Translations under genes and position numbers: made by a program | Shown: piece after piece, positions 45,001-60,000 of the stretch | How positions within the stretch are numbered: the stretch's first letter is position 1 | Layout: the number at the start of each line of letters is the position of its first letter | Assembly: GCA_964016885.1 (NCBI GenBank) | Contig: OZ024741.1 | Location: forward strand, 3,596,001-3,660,000 | DNA length: 64,000 nucleotides | DNA from: Eledone cirrhosa | Taxonomy: Eukaryota | Direction of reading: 5' to 3' | Notes under the pieces: generated by a model | What the model was told of the DNA's origin: nothing | The model's input: the letters and a program-made list of their open reading frames with translations, nothing else | Database searches by the model: none

Positions 45001-48000
45001 AGACCCTATCACTGTAGTTCTATATCTAAGTTAAGACCCTATCACTGTAGTTCTACATCTAAGACCCTATCACTGTATTTGTACATCTAAGACCCTATCA
45101 CTGTAGTTCTACATCTAAGACCCTATCACTGTAGTTCTACATATAAGACCATATCACTGTAGTTCTATATCTAAGACACTATCACTGTAGTTCTACATCT
45201 AAGACCCTATCACTGTAGTTCTATATCTAAGACACTATCACTGTAGTTCTACATCTAAGACCCTATCACTGTAGTTCAACATATAAGACCCTATCACTGT
45301 AGTTCTACATTTAAGACCCTATCACTGTAGTTCTACATCTAAGACCCTATCACTGTAGTTCTACATCTAAGACCCTATCACAGCAGTTCTACATCTAAGG
45401 CTCTATCACTGTAGTTCTACATCTAAGACCCTAAGACCCTATCACTGTAGTTCTATATCTAAGTTAAGACTCTATCACTGTAGTTCTACATCTAAGACCC
45501 TATCACTGTAGTTCTACATCTAAGACCCTATCACTGTAGTTCTACATGTAACTTAAGACCCTATCACTGTAGTTCTATATCTAAGTTCAGACCCTATCAC
45601 TGTAGTTCTATATCTAAGACCCTATCACTGTAGTTCTACATCTAAGACCCTATCACTGTAGTTCTACATGTAAGTTAAGACCCTATCACTGAAGTTCTAT
45701 ATCTAAGTTAAGACCTTATCACTGTAGGTCTACATCTAAGACCCTATCACCGTAGTTCTACATCTAAGTTAAGACCCTATCACTATAGTTCTATATCTAA
45801 GACTCTATCACTGTGGTTCTACATCTAAGATCCTATCACTGTAGTTCTACATCTAAGACCCTATCACTGTAGTTCTACATCTAAAACCCTATCACTATAG
45901 TTCTATATCTAAGACTCTATCACTGTAGTTCTACATCTAAGACCCTATCACTGTAGTTTTACATCTAAGACCCTATCACTGTAGTTCTACATATAAGTTA
46001 AGACCCTATCACTATAGTTCTATATCTAAGACCCTATCACTGTAGTTCTACATCTAAGGCCCTATCACTGTAGTTCTACATCTAAGACCCTATCACTGTA
46101 GTTCTACATCTAACACCCTATCACTGTAGTTCTACATCTAAGACCCTATCACTGTAGTTCTACATCTAAGACCCTATCACTGTAGTTCTACATCTAAGAC
46201 CCTATCACTGTAGTTCTACATCTAAGACCCTATCACAGTAGTTCTACATCTAAGACCCTATCACAGTAGTTCTATATCTAAGTTAAGACCCTATCATTGT
46301 AGTTCTACATCTAAGACCCTATCACTGTAGTTCTACATCTAAAACCCTATCACTGTAGTTCTACATCTAAGACCCTATCACTGTAGTTCTACATCTAAAA
46401 CCCTATCACTGTAGTTCTATATCTAAGTTAAGACCCTATTACTGTAGTTCTACATCTAAGACCCTATCACTGTAGTTCTACATCTAAGACCCTATCAATG
46501 TAGTTCTACATCTAAGACCCTATCACAGTAGTTCTATATCTAAGTTAAGACCCTATCACTGTAGTTCTACATCTAAGACCCTATCACTGTAGTTCTACAT
46601 CTAAGACCCTATCACTGTAGGTCTACATCTAAGACCCTATCACTGTAGTTCTACATCTAAGACCCTATCACTGTAGTTCTACATCTAAGACCCTATCACA
46701 GTAGTTCTACATCTAAGACCCTATCACAGTAGTTCTATATCTAAGTTAAGACCCTATCATTGTAGTTCTACATCTAAAACCCTATCACTGTAGTTCTACA
46801 TCTAAGACCCTATCACTGTAGTTCTACATCTAAAACCCTATCACTGTAGTTCTATATCTAAGTTAAGACCCTATCACTGTAGTTCTACATCTAAGACCCT
46901 ATCACTGTAGTTCTACATCTAAGACCCTATCAATGTAGTTCTACATCTAAGACCCTATCACAGTAGTTCTATATCTAAGTTAAGACCCTATCACTGTAGT
47001 TCTACATCTAAGACCCTATCACTGTAGTTCTACATCTAAGGCCCTATCACTGTAGTTCTACATCTAAGTTAAGACCTTATCACTGTAGTTCTACATCTAA
47101 GACCCTATCACTGTAGTTCTACATCTAAGTTAAGACCCTATCACTGTAATTCTAAATCTAAGACCCTATCACTGTAGTTCTACATCTAAGACCCTATCAC
47201 TGTAGTTCTATATCTAAGACCCTATCACAGTAGTTCTACATCTAAGTTAAGACAGTCACTGTAGTTCTACATATAAGTTAAGACCCTATCACTGTAATTC
47301 TAAATCTAAGACCCTATCACTGTAGTTCTACATCTAAGACCCTATGACTGTAGTTCTATATCTAAGACCCTATCACTGTAGTTCTACATCTAAGACCCTA
47401 TCACTGTAGTTCTATATCTAAGACCCTATCACTGTAGTTCTACATCTAAGGCCCTATCACTGTAGTTCTATATCTAAGACTCTATCACTGTAGTTCTACA
47501 TCTAAGACCCTGTCACTGTGGTTCTACATCTAGGACCCTATCACTGTAGTTCTACATCTAAGACCCTATCACTGTAGTTCTACATCTAAGACCCTATCAC
47601 TGTAGTTCTACATCTAAGACCCTGTCACTGTAGTTCTACATCTAAGACCCTATCACTGTAGTTCTATATCTAAGACCCTATCACTGTAGTTCTACATCTA
47701 AGACCCTATCACTGTAGTTCTACATCTAAGACCCTATCACTGTAGTTCTATATCTAAGTTAAGACCCTATCACTGTAGTTCTACATCTAAGGCCCTATCA
47801 CTGTAGTTCTATATCTAAGACCCTATCACTGTAGTTCTATATCTAAGACCCTATCACTGTAGTTCTACATCTAAGACCCATCACTGTAGTTCTAAATGTA
47901 AGACCCTATCTCTGTAGTTCTACATCTAAAACCCTATCACTATAGTTCTATATCTAAGACCCTATCACTGTAGTTCTACATCTAAGACCCTATCTCTATA

Positions 48001-51000
48001 GTTCTACATCTAAAACCCTATCACTATAGTTCTATATCTAAGACCCTGCCACTGTAGTTCTACATCTAAGACCCTATCACTGTAGTTCTACATCTAAGAC
48101 CCTATCACTGTAGTTCTACATCTAAGTTAAGACCCTATCACTGTAGTTCTACATCTAAGACCCTATCACTGTAGTTCTAAATCTAAGGCCCTATCACTGT
48201 AGTTCTACATCTAAGTTAAGACGCTATCACTGTAGTTCTACATCTAAGACCCTATCACTGTAGTTCTACATCTAAGGCCCTATCACTGTAGTTCTACATC
48301 TAAGTTAAGACCCTATCACTGTAGTTCTAAATCTAAGACCCTATCACTGTAGTTCTACATCTAAGACCCTATCACTGTAGTTCTACATCTAAGACCCTAT
48401 CACAGTAGTTCTACATCTAAGTTAAGACAGTCACTGTAGTTCTACATATAAGTTAAGACCCTATCACTGTAGTTCTACATCTAAGACCCTATCACTGTAG
48501 TTCTATATCTAAGACCCTATCACTGTAGCTCTACATCTAAGGACCTATCACTGTAGTTCTACATCTAAGACCCTATCACTGTAGTTCTATATCTAAGACC
48601 CTATCACTGTAGCTCTACATCTAAGATCCTATCACTGTAGGTCTACATCTAAGACCCTATCACTGTAGTTCTACATCTAAGACCCTATCACTGTAGTTCT
48701 ATATCTAAGACCCTATCACAGTAGTTCTACATCTAAGTTAAGACCCTATCACTGTAGTTCTACATCTAAGACCCTATCACTGTAGTTTTATATCCAAGAG
48801 CCTATCACTGTAGTTCTACATCTAAGACCCTATCACTGTAGTTCTACATCTAAGACCCTATCACTGTAGTTCTACATATAAGACCCTATCACTGTAGTTC
48901 TACATATAAGACCCTATCACTGTAGTTCTACATCTAAGGCCCTATCACTGTAGTTCTATATCTAAGACCCTATCACTGTAGTTCTACATATAAGACTGTA
49001 TCAATGTAGTTCTACATATAAGACCCTATCACTGTAGTTCTACATCTAAGACCCTATCACTGTAGTTCTATATCTAAGACCGTATCACAGTAGTTCTACA
49101 TCTAAATTAAGACCCTATCACTGTAGTTCTACATCTAAGACCCTATCACTGTAGTTCTATATCTAAGACCCTATCACTGTAGTTCTATATCTAAGACCCT
49201 ATCACTGTAGTTCTACATCTAAGACCCTATCACTGTAGTTCTACATCTAAGACCCTATCACTGTAATTCTACATATAAGACCCTATCATTGTAGTTCTAC
49301 ATCTAAGACCCTATCACTGTAGTTCCACATATAAGGCCCTATCACTGTAGTTCTATATCTAAGACCCTATCACTGTAGTTCTACATCTAAGATCCTATCA
49401 CTGTAGTTCTACATCTAAGACCCTATCACTGTAGGTCTACATATAAGACCCTATCACTATAGTTCAACATCTAAGACCCTATCACTGTAGTTCTATATCT
49501 AAGACCCTATCACTGTAGGTCTACATATAAGACCCTATCACTGTAGTTCTATATCTAACACCCAATCACTGTAGTTCTACATCTAAGACACAATCACTAT
49601 AGTTCTACATATAAGGCCCTATCACTGTAGTTCTATATCTAAGACCCTATCACTGTAGTTCTACATCTAAGACGCTATCACTGTAGTTCTATATCTAAGT
49701 TAAGACCCTATCACTGTAGTTCTATATCTAAGTTAAGACCCTATCACTGTAGTTCTATATCTAAGTTAAGACCCTATCACTGTAGTTCTACATCTAAGAC
49801 CCTATCACTGTATTTGTACATCTAAGACCCTATCACTGTAGTTCTACATCTAAGACCCTATCACTGTAGTTCTACATATAAGACCATATCACTGTAGTTC
49901 TATATCTAAGACCCTATCACTGTAGTTCTACATCTAAGACCCTATCACTGTAGTTCTATATCTAAGACACTATCACTGTAGTTCTACATCTAAGACCCTA
50001 TCACTGTAGTTCAACATATAAGACCCTATCACTGTAGTTCTACATTTAAGACCCTATCACTGTAGTTCTACATCTAAGACCCTATCACAGCAGTTCTACA
50101 TCTAAGGCTCTATCACTGTAGTTCTACATCTAAGACCCTAAGACCCTATCACTGTAGTTCTACATCTAAGGCCCTATCATTTTAGTTCTTCATATAAGTT
50201 AAGACCCTATCACTGTAGTTCTATATCTAAGTTAAGACTCTATCACTGTAGTTCTACATCTAAGACCCTATCACTGTAGTTCTACATCTAAGACCCTATC
50301 ACTGTAGTTCTACATCTAAGGCCCTATCACTGTAGTTCTACATGTAACTTAAGACCCTATCACTGTAGTTCTATATCTAAGTTCAGACCCTATCACTGTA
50401 GTTCTACATCTAAGACCCTATCACTGTAGTTCTACATCTAAGACCCTATCACTGTAGTTCTACATCTAAGTTAAGACCCTATCACTGTAGTTCTATATCT
50501 AAGTTAAGACCTTATCACTCTAGTTCTATATCTAAGACCCTATCACTGTAGTTCTACATCTAACTTAAAACCCTGTCACTATAGTTCTATATCTAAGACT
50601 CTATCACTGTGGTTCTACATCTAAGACCCTATCACTGTAGTTCTACATCTAAGACCCTATCACTGTAGTTCTACATCTAAGACCCTATCACTATAGTTCT
50701 ATATCTAAGACTCTATCACTGTAGTTCTACATCTAAGACCCTATCACTGTAGTTTTACATCTAAGACCCTATCACTGTAGTTCTACATCTAAGACCCTAT
50801 CACTGTAGTTCTACATATAAGTTAAGACCCTATCACTATAGTTCTATATCTAAGACCCTATCACTGTAGTTCTACATCTAAGGCCCTATCACTGTAGTTC
50901 TACATCTAAGACCCTATCACTGTAGTTCTACATCTAACACCCTATCACTGTAGTTCTACATCTAAGACCCTATCACTGTAGTTCTACATCTAAGACCCTA

Positions 51001-54000
51001 TCACTGTAGTTCTACATCTAAGACCCTATCACTGTAGTTCTACATCTAAGACCCTATCACAGTAGTTCTATATCTAAGTTAAGACCCTATCATTGTAGTT
51101 CTACATCTAAGACCCTATCACTGTAGTTCTACATCTAAAACCCTATCACTGTAGTTCTACATCTAAGACCCTATCACTGTAGTTCTACATCTAAAACCCT
51201 ATCACTGTAGTTCTATATCTAAGTTAAGACCCTATTACTGTAGTTCTACATCTAAGACCCTATCACTGTAGTTCTACATCTAAGACCCTATCAATGTAGT
51301 TCTACATCTAAGACCCTATCACAGTAGTTCTATATCTAAGTTAAGACCCTATCACTGTAGTTCTACATCTAAGACCCTATCACTGTAGTTCTACATCTAA
51401 GACCCTATCACTGTAGTTTTATATCCAAGACCCTATCACTGTAGTTCTATATCTAAGACCCTATCACAGTAGTTCTACATCTAAGACCCTATCACTGTAG
51501 TTCTACATCTAAGACCCTATCACTGTAGTTTTATATCCAAGACCCTATCACTGTAGTTCTACATCTAAGACCCTATCACTGTAGTTCTACATCTAAGACC
51601 CTATCACTGTAGTTCTACATATAAGACCCTATCACTGTAGTTCTACATCTAAGGCCCTATCACTGTAGTTCTATATCTAAGACCCTATCACTGTAGTTCT
51701 ACATATAAGACTGTATCAATGTAGTTCTACATATAAGACCCTATCACTGTAGTTCTACATCTAAGACCCTATCACTGTAGTTCTATATCTAAGACCGTAT
51801 CACAGTAGTTCTACATCTAAATTAAGACCCTATCACTGTAGTTCTACATCTAAGACCCTATCACTGTAGTTCTATATCTAAGACCCTATCACTGTAGTTC
51901 TATATCTAAGACCCTATCACTGTAGTTCTACATCTAAGACCCTATCACTGTAGTTCTACATCTAAGACCCTATCACTGTAATTCTACATATAAGACCCTA
52001 TCATTGTAGTTCTACATCTAAGACCCTATCACTGTAGTTCTACATATAAGGCCCTATCACTGTAGTTCTATATCTAAGACCCTATCACTGTAGTTCTACA
52101 TCTAAGATCCTATCACTGTAGTTCTACATCTAAGACCCTATCACTGTAGGTCTACATATAAGACCCTATCACTATAGTTCAACATCTAAGACCCTATCAC
52201 TGTAGTTCTATATCTAAGACCCTATCACTGTAGGTCTACATATAAGACCCTATCACTGTAGTTCTATATCTAACACCCAATCACTGTAGTTCTACATCTA
52301 AGACACTATCACTATAGTTCTACATATAACGCCCTATCACTGTAGTTCTATATCTAAGACCCTATCACTGTAGTTCTACATCTAAGACCCTATCACTGTA
52401 GTTCTACATCTAAGACCCTATCACTGTAGTTCTATATCTAAGTTAAGACCCTATCACTGTAGTTCTATATCTAAGTTAAGACCCTATCACTGTAGTTCTA
52501 TATCTAAGTTAAGACCCTATCACTGTAGTTCTACATCTAAGACCCTATCACTGTATTTGTACATCTAAGACCCTATCACTGTAGTTCTACATCTAAGACC
52601 CTATCACTGTAGTTCTACATATAAGACCATATCACTGTAGTTCTATATCTAAGACACTATCACTGTAGTTCTACATCTAAGACCCTATCACTGTAGTTCT
52701 ATATCTAAGACACTATCACTGTAGTTCTACATCTAAGACCCTATCACTGTAGTTCAACATATAAGACCCTATCACTGTAGTTCTACATTTAAAACCCTAT
52801 CACTGTAGTTCTACATCTAAGACCCTATCACTGTAGTTCTACATCTAAGACCCTATCACAGCAGTTCTACATCTAAGGCTCTATCACTGTAGTTCTACAT
52901 CTAAGACCCTAAGACCCTATCACTGTAGTTCTATATCTAAGTTAAGACTCTATCACTGTAGTTCTACATCTAAGACCCTATCACTGTAGTTCTACATCTA
53001 AGACCCTATCACTGTAGTTCTACATGTAACTTAAGACCCTATCACTGTAGTTCTATATCTAAGTTCAGACCCTATCACTGTAGTTCTATATCTAAGACCC
53101 TATCACTGTAGTTCTACATCTAAGACCCTATCACTGTAGTTCTACATGTAAGTTAAGACCCTATCACTGAAGTTCTATATCTAAGTTAAGACCTTATCAC
53201 TGTAGGTCTACATCTAAGACCCTATCACCGTAGTTCTACATCTAAGTTAAGACCCTATCACTATAGTTCTATATCTAAGACTCTATCACTGTGGTTCTAC
53301 ATCTAAGATCCTATCACTGTAGTTCTACATCTAAGACCCTATCACTGTAGTTCTACATCTAAGACCCTATCACTATAGTTCTATATCTAAGACTCTATCA
53401 CTGTAGTTCTACATCTAAGACCCTATCACTGTAGTTTTACATCTAAGACCCTATCACTGTAGTTCTACATATAAGTTAAGACCCTATCACTATAGTTCTA
53501 TATCTAAGACCCTATCACTGTAGTTCTACATCTAAGGCCCTATCACTGTAGTTCTACATCTAAGACCCTATCACTGTAGTTCTACATCTAACACCCTATC
53601 ACTGTAGTTCTACATCTAAGACCCTATCACTGTAGTTCTACATCTAAGACCCTATCACTGTAGTTCTACATCTAAGACCCTATCACTGTAGTTCTACATC
53701 TAAGACCCTATCACAGTAGTTCTACATCTAAGACCCTATCACAGTAGTTCTATATCTAAGTTAAGACCCTATCATTGTAGTTCTACATCTAAGACCCTAT
53801 CACTGTAGTTCTACATCTAAAACCCTATCACTGTAGTTCTACATCTAAGACCCTATCACTGTAGTTCTACATCTAAAACCCTATCACTGTAGTTCTATAT
53901 CTAAGTTAAGACCCTATTACTGTAGTTCTACATCTAAGACCCTATCACTGTAGTTCTACATCTAAGACCCTATCAATGTAGTTCTACATCTAAGACCCTA

Positions 54001-57000
54001 TCACAGTAGTTCTATATCTAAGTTAAGACCCTATCACTGTAGTTCTACATCTAAGACCCTATCACTGTAGTTCTACATCTAAGACCCTATCACTGTAGGT
54101 CTACATCTAAGACCCTATCACTGTAGTTCTACATCTAAGACCCTATCACTGTAGTTCTACATCTAAGACCCTATCACAGTAGTTCTACATCTAAGACCCT
54201 ATCACAGTAGTTCTATATCTAAGTTAAGACCCTATCATTGTAGTTCTACATCTAAAACCCTATCACTGTAGTTCTACATCTAAGACCCTATCACTGTAGT
54301 TCTACATCTAAAACCCTATCACTGTAGTTCTATATCTAAGTTAAGACCCTATCACTGTAGTTCTACATCTAAGACCCTATCACTGTAGTTCTACATCTAA
54401 GACCCTATCAATGTAGTTCTACATCTAAGACCCTATCACAGTAGTTCTATATCTAAGTTAAGACCCTATCACTGTAGTTCTACATCTAAGACCCTATCAC
54501 TGTAGTTCTACATCTAAGGCCCTATCACTGTAGTTCTACATCTAAGTTAAGACCTTATCACTGTAGTTCTACATCTAAGACCCTATCACTGTAGTTCTAC
54601 ATCTAAGTTAAGACCCTATCACTGTAATTCTAAATCTAAGACCCTATCACTGTAGTTCTACATCTAAGACCCTATCACTGTAGTTCTATATCTAAGACCC
54701 TATCACAGTAGTTCTACATCTAAGTTAAGACAGTCACTGTAGTTCTACATATAAGTTAAGACCCTATCACTGTAATTCTAAATCTAAGACCCTATCACTG
54801 TAGTTCTACATCTAAGACCCTATGACTGTAGTTCTATATCTAAGACCCTATCACTGTAGTTCTACATCTAAGACCCTATCACTGTAGTTCTATATCTAAG
54901 ACCCTATCACTGTAGTTCTACATCTAAGGCCCTATCACTGTAGTTCTATATCTAAGACTCTATCACTGTAGTTCTACATCTAAGACCCTGTCACTGTGGT
55001 TCTACATCTAGGACCCTATCACTGTAGTTCTACATCTAAGACCCTATCACTGTAGTTCTACATCTAAGACCCTATCACTGTAGTTCTACATCTAAGACCC
55101 TGTCACTGTAGTTCTACATCTAAGACCTTATCACTGTAGTTCTATATCTAAGACCCTATCACTGTAGTTCTACATCTAAGACCCTATCACTGTAGTTCTA
55201 CATCTAAGACCCTATCACTGTAGTTCTATATCTAAGTTAAGACCCTATCACTGTAGTTCTACATCTAAGGCCCTATCACTGTAGTTCTATATCTAAGACC
55301 CTATCACTGTAGTTCTATATCTAAGACCCTATCACTGTAGTTCTACATCTAAGACCCATCACTGTAGTTCTAAATGTAAGACCCTATCTCTGTAGTTCTA
55401 CATCTAAAACCCTATCACTATAGTTCTATATCTAAGACCCTATCACTGTAGTTCTACATCTAAGACCCTATCTCTATAGTTCTACATCTAAAACCCTATC
55501 ACTATAGTTCTATATCTAAGACCCTGCCACTGTAGTTCAACATATAAGACCCTATCACTGTAGTTCTACATCTAAGTTAAGACCCTATCACTGTAGTTCT
55601 ACATCTAAGACCCTATCACTGTAGTTCTACATCTAAGACCCTATCACTGTAGTTCTACATCTAAGTTAAGACCCTATCACTGTAGTTCTACATCTAAGAC
55701 CCTATCACTGTAGTTCTACATCTAAGGCCCTATCACTGTAGTTCTACATCTAAGTTAAGACGCTATCACTGTAGTTCTACATCTAAGACCCTATCACTGT
55801 AGTTCTACATCTAAGGCCCTATCACTGTAGTTCTACATCTAAGTTAAGACCCTATCACTGTAGTTCTAAATCTAAGACCCTATCACTGTAGTTCTACATC
55901 TAAGACCCTATCACTGTAGTTCTATATCTAAGACCCTATCACAGTAGTTCTACATCTAAGTTAAGACAGTCACTGTAGTTCTACATATAAGTTAAGACCC
56001 TATCACTGTAGTTCTACATCTAAGACCCTATCACTGTAGTTCTATATCTAAGACCCTATCACTGTAGCTCTACATCTAAGGACCTATCACTGTAGTTCTA
56101 CATCTAAGACCCTATCACTGTAGTTCTATATCTAAGACCCTATCACTGTAGCTCTACATCTAAGATCCTATCACTGTAGGTCTACATCTAAGACCCTATC
56201 ACTGTAGTTCTACATCTAAGACCCTATCACTGTAGTTCTATATCTAAGACCCTATCACAGTAGTTCTACATCTAAGTTAAGACCCTATCACTGTAGTTCT
56301 ACATCTAAGACCCTATCACTGTAGTTTTATATCCAAGAGCCTATCACTGTAGTTCTACATCTAAGACCCTATCACTGTAGTTCTACATCTAAGACCCTAT
56401 CACTGTAGTTCTACATATAAGACCCTATCACTGTAGTTCTACATATAAGACCCTATCACTGTAGTTCTACATCTAAGGCCCTATCACTGTAGTTCTATAT
56501 CTAAGACCCTATCACTGTAGTTCTACATATAAGACTGTATCAATGTAGTTCTACATATAAGACCCTATCACTGTAGTTCTACATCTAAGACCCTATCACT
56601 GTAGTTCTATATCTAAGACCGTATCACAGTAGTTCTACATCTAAATTAAGACCCTATCACTGTAGTTCTACATCTAAGACCCTATCACTGTAGTTCTATA
56701 TCTAAGACCCTATCACTGTAGTTCTATATCTAAGACCCTATCACTGTAGTTCTACATCTAAGACCCTATCACTGTAGTTCTACATCTAAGACCCTATCAC
56801 TGTAATTCTACATATAAGACCCTATCATTGTAGTTCTACATCTAAGACCCTATCACTGTAGTTCCACATATAAGGCCCTATCACTGTAGTTCTATATCTA
56901 AGACCCTATCACTGTAGTTCTACATCTAAGATCCTATCACTGTAGTTCTACATCTAAGACCCTATCACTGTAGGTCTACATATAAGACCCTATCACTATA

Positions 57001-60000
57001 GTTCAACATCTAAGACCCTATCACTGTAGTTCTATATCTAAGACCCTATCACTGTAGGTCTACATATAAGACCCTATCACTGTAGTTCTATATCTAACAC
57101 CCAATCACTGTAGTTCTACATCTAAGACACAATCACTATAGTTCTACATATAAGGCCCTATCACTGTAGTTCTATATCTAAGACCCTATCACTGTAGTTC
57201 TACATCTAAGACCCTATCACTGTAGTTCTATATCTAAGTTAAGACCCTATCACTGTAGTTCTATATCTAAGTTAAGACCCTATCACTGTAGTTCTATATC
57301 TAAGTTAAGACCCTATCACTGTAGTTCTACATCTAAGACCCTATCACTGTATTTGTACATCTAAGACCCTATCACTGTAGTTCTACATCTAAGACCCTAT
57401 CACTGTAGTTCTACATATAAGACCATATCACTGTAGTTCTATATCTAAGACCCTATCACTGTAGTTCTACATCTAAGACCCTATCACTGTAGTTCTATAT
57501 CTAAGACACTATCACTGTAGTTCTACATCTAAGACCCTATCACTGTAGTTCAACATATAAGACCCTATCACTGTAGTTCTACATTTAAGACCCTATCACT
57601 GTAGTTCTACATCTAAGACCCTATCACAGCAGTTCTACATCTAAGGCTCTATCACTGTAGTTCTACATCTAAGACCCTAAGACCCTATCACTGTAGTTCT
57701 ACATCTAAGGCCCTATCATTTTAGTTCTTCATATAAGTTAAGACCCTATCACTGTAGTTCTATATCTAAGTTAAGACTCTATCACTGTAGTTCTACATCT
57801 AAGACCCTATCACTGTAGTTCTACATCTAAGACCCTATCACTGTAGTTCTACATCTAAGGCCCTATCACTGTAGTTCTACATGTAACTTAAGACCCTATC
57901 ACTGTAGTTCTATATCTAAGTTCAGACCCTATCACTGTAGTTCTACATCTAAGACCCTATCACTGTAGTTCTACATCTAAGACCCTATCACTGTAGTTCT
58001 ACATCTAAGTTAAGACCCTATCACTGTAGTTCTATATCTAAGTTAAGACCTTATCACTCTAGTTCTATATCTAAGACCCTATCACTGTAGTTCTACATCT
58101 AACTTAAAACCCTGTCACTATAGTTCTATATCTAAGACTCTATCACTGTGGTTCTACATCTAAGACCCTATCACTGTAGTTCTACATCTAAGACCCTATC
58201 ACTGTAGTTCTACATCTAAGACCCTATCACTATAGTTCTATATCTAAGACTCTATCACTGTAGTTCTACATCTAAGACCCTATCACTGTAGTTTTACATC
58301 TAAGACCCTATCACTGTAGTTCTACATCTAAGACCCTATCACTGTAGTTCTACATATAAGTTAAGACCCTATCACTATAGTTCTATATCTAAGACCCTAT
58401 CACTGTAGTTCTACATCTAAGGCCCTATCACTGTAGTTCTACATCTAAGACCCTATCACTGTAGTTCTACATCTAACACCCTATCACTGTAGTTCTACAT
58501 CTAAGACCCTATCACTGTAGTTCTACATCTAAGACCCTATCACTGTAGTTCTACATCTAAGACCCTATCACTGTAGTTCTACATCTAAGACCCTATCACA
58601 GTAGTTCTATATCTAAGTTAAGACCCTATCATTGTAGTTCTACATCTAAGACCCTATCACTGTAGTTCTACATCTAAAACCCTATCACTGTAGTTCTACA
58701 TCTAAGACCCTATCACTGTAGTTCTACATCTAAAACCCTATCACTGTAGTTCTATATCTAAGTTAAGACCCTATTACTGTAGTTCTACATCTAAGACCCT
58801 ATCACTGTAGTTCTACATCTAAGACCCTATCAATGTAGTTCTACATCTAAGACCCTATCACAGTAGTTCTATATCTAAGTAAAGACCCTATCACTGTAGT
58901 TCTACATCTAAGACCCTATCACTGTAGTTCTACATCTAAGACCCTATCACTGTAGTTCTACATCTAAGGCCCTATCACTGTAGTTCTACATCTAAGTTAA
59001 GACCCTATCACTGTAGTTCTACATCTAAGACCCTATCACTGTAGTTCTACATCTAAGTTAAGACCCTATCACTGTAATTCTAAATCTAAGACCCTATCAC
59101 TGTAGTTCTACATCTAAGACCCTATCACTGTAGTTCTATATCTAAGACCCTATCACAGTAGTTCTACATCTAAGTTAAGACAGTCACTGTAGTTCTACAT
59201 ATAAGTTAAGACCCTATCACTGTAGTTCTACATCTAAGACCCTATCACTGTAGTTCTATATCTAAGACCCTATCACTGTAGTTCTACATCTAAGACCCTA
59301 TCACTGTAGTTCTATATCTAAGACCCTATCACTGTAGCTCTACATCTAAGGACCTATCACTGTAGTTCTACATCTAAGACCCTATCACTGTAGTTCTATA
59401 TCTAAGACCCTATCACTGTAGCTCTACATCTAAGACCCTATCACTGTAGGTCTACATCTAAGGACCTATCACTGTAGTTCTACATCTAAGACACTATCAC
59501 TGTAGTTCTACATCTAAGACCCTATCACTGTAGTTCTATATCTAAGACCCTATCACTGTAGTTCTACATCTAAGGCCCTATCACTGTAGTTCTACATCTA
59601 AGACACTATCACTGTAGTTCTACATCTAAGACCCTATGACTGTAGTTCTATATCTAAGACCCTATCACTGTAGTTCTACATCTAAGGCCCTATCACCTGT
59701 AGTTCTATGTCTAAGACCCTATCACTGTAGTTCTATATCTAAGACCCTATCACAGTAGTTCTACATCCAAGTTAAGACCCTATCACTGTAGTTCTACATC
59801 TAAGACCCTATCACTGTAGTTTTATATCCAAGACCCTATCACTGTAGTTCTACATCTAAGACCCTATCACTGTAGTTCTACATCTAAGACCCTATCACTG
59901 TAGTTCTACATATAAGACCCTATCACTGTAGTTCTACATATAAGACCCTATCACTGTAGTTCTACATATAAGACCCTATCACTGTAGTTCTATATCTAAG

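Noticed and set aside
2721-59700. Recursive splice sites: variant TATCACCTGT reads CTACAG|GTGATA on the minus strand (2721, 12795, 17473, 29817, 59691)
   Set aside because: There is no polypyrimidine tract upstream (purine-rich AGATATAGAA), and the recurrence is explained by block duplication.
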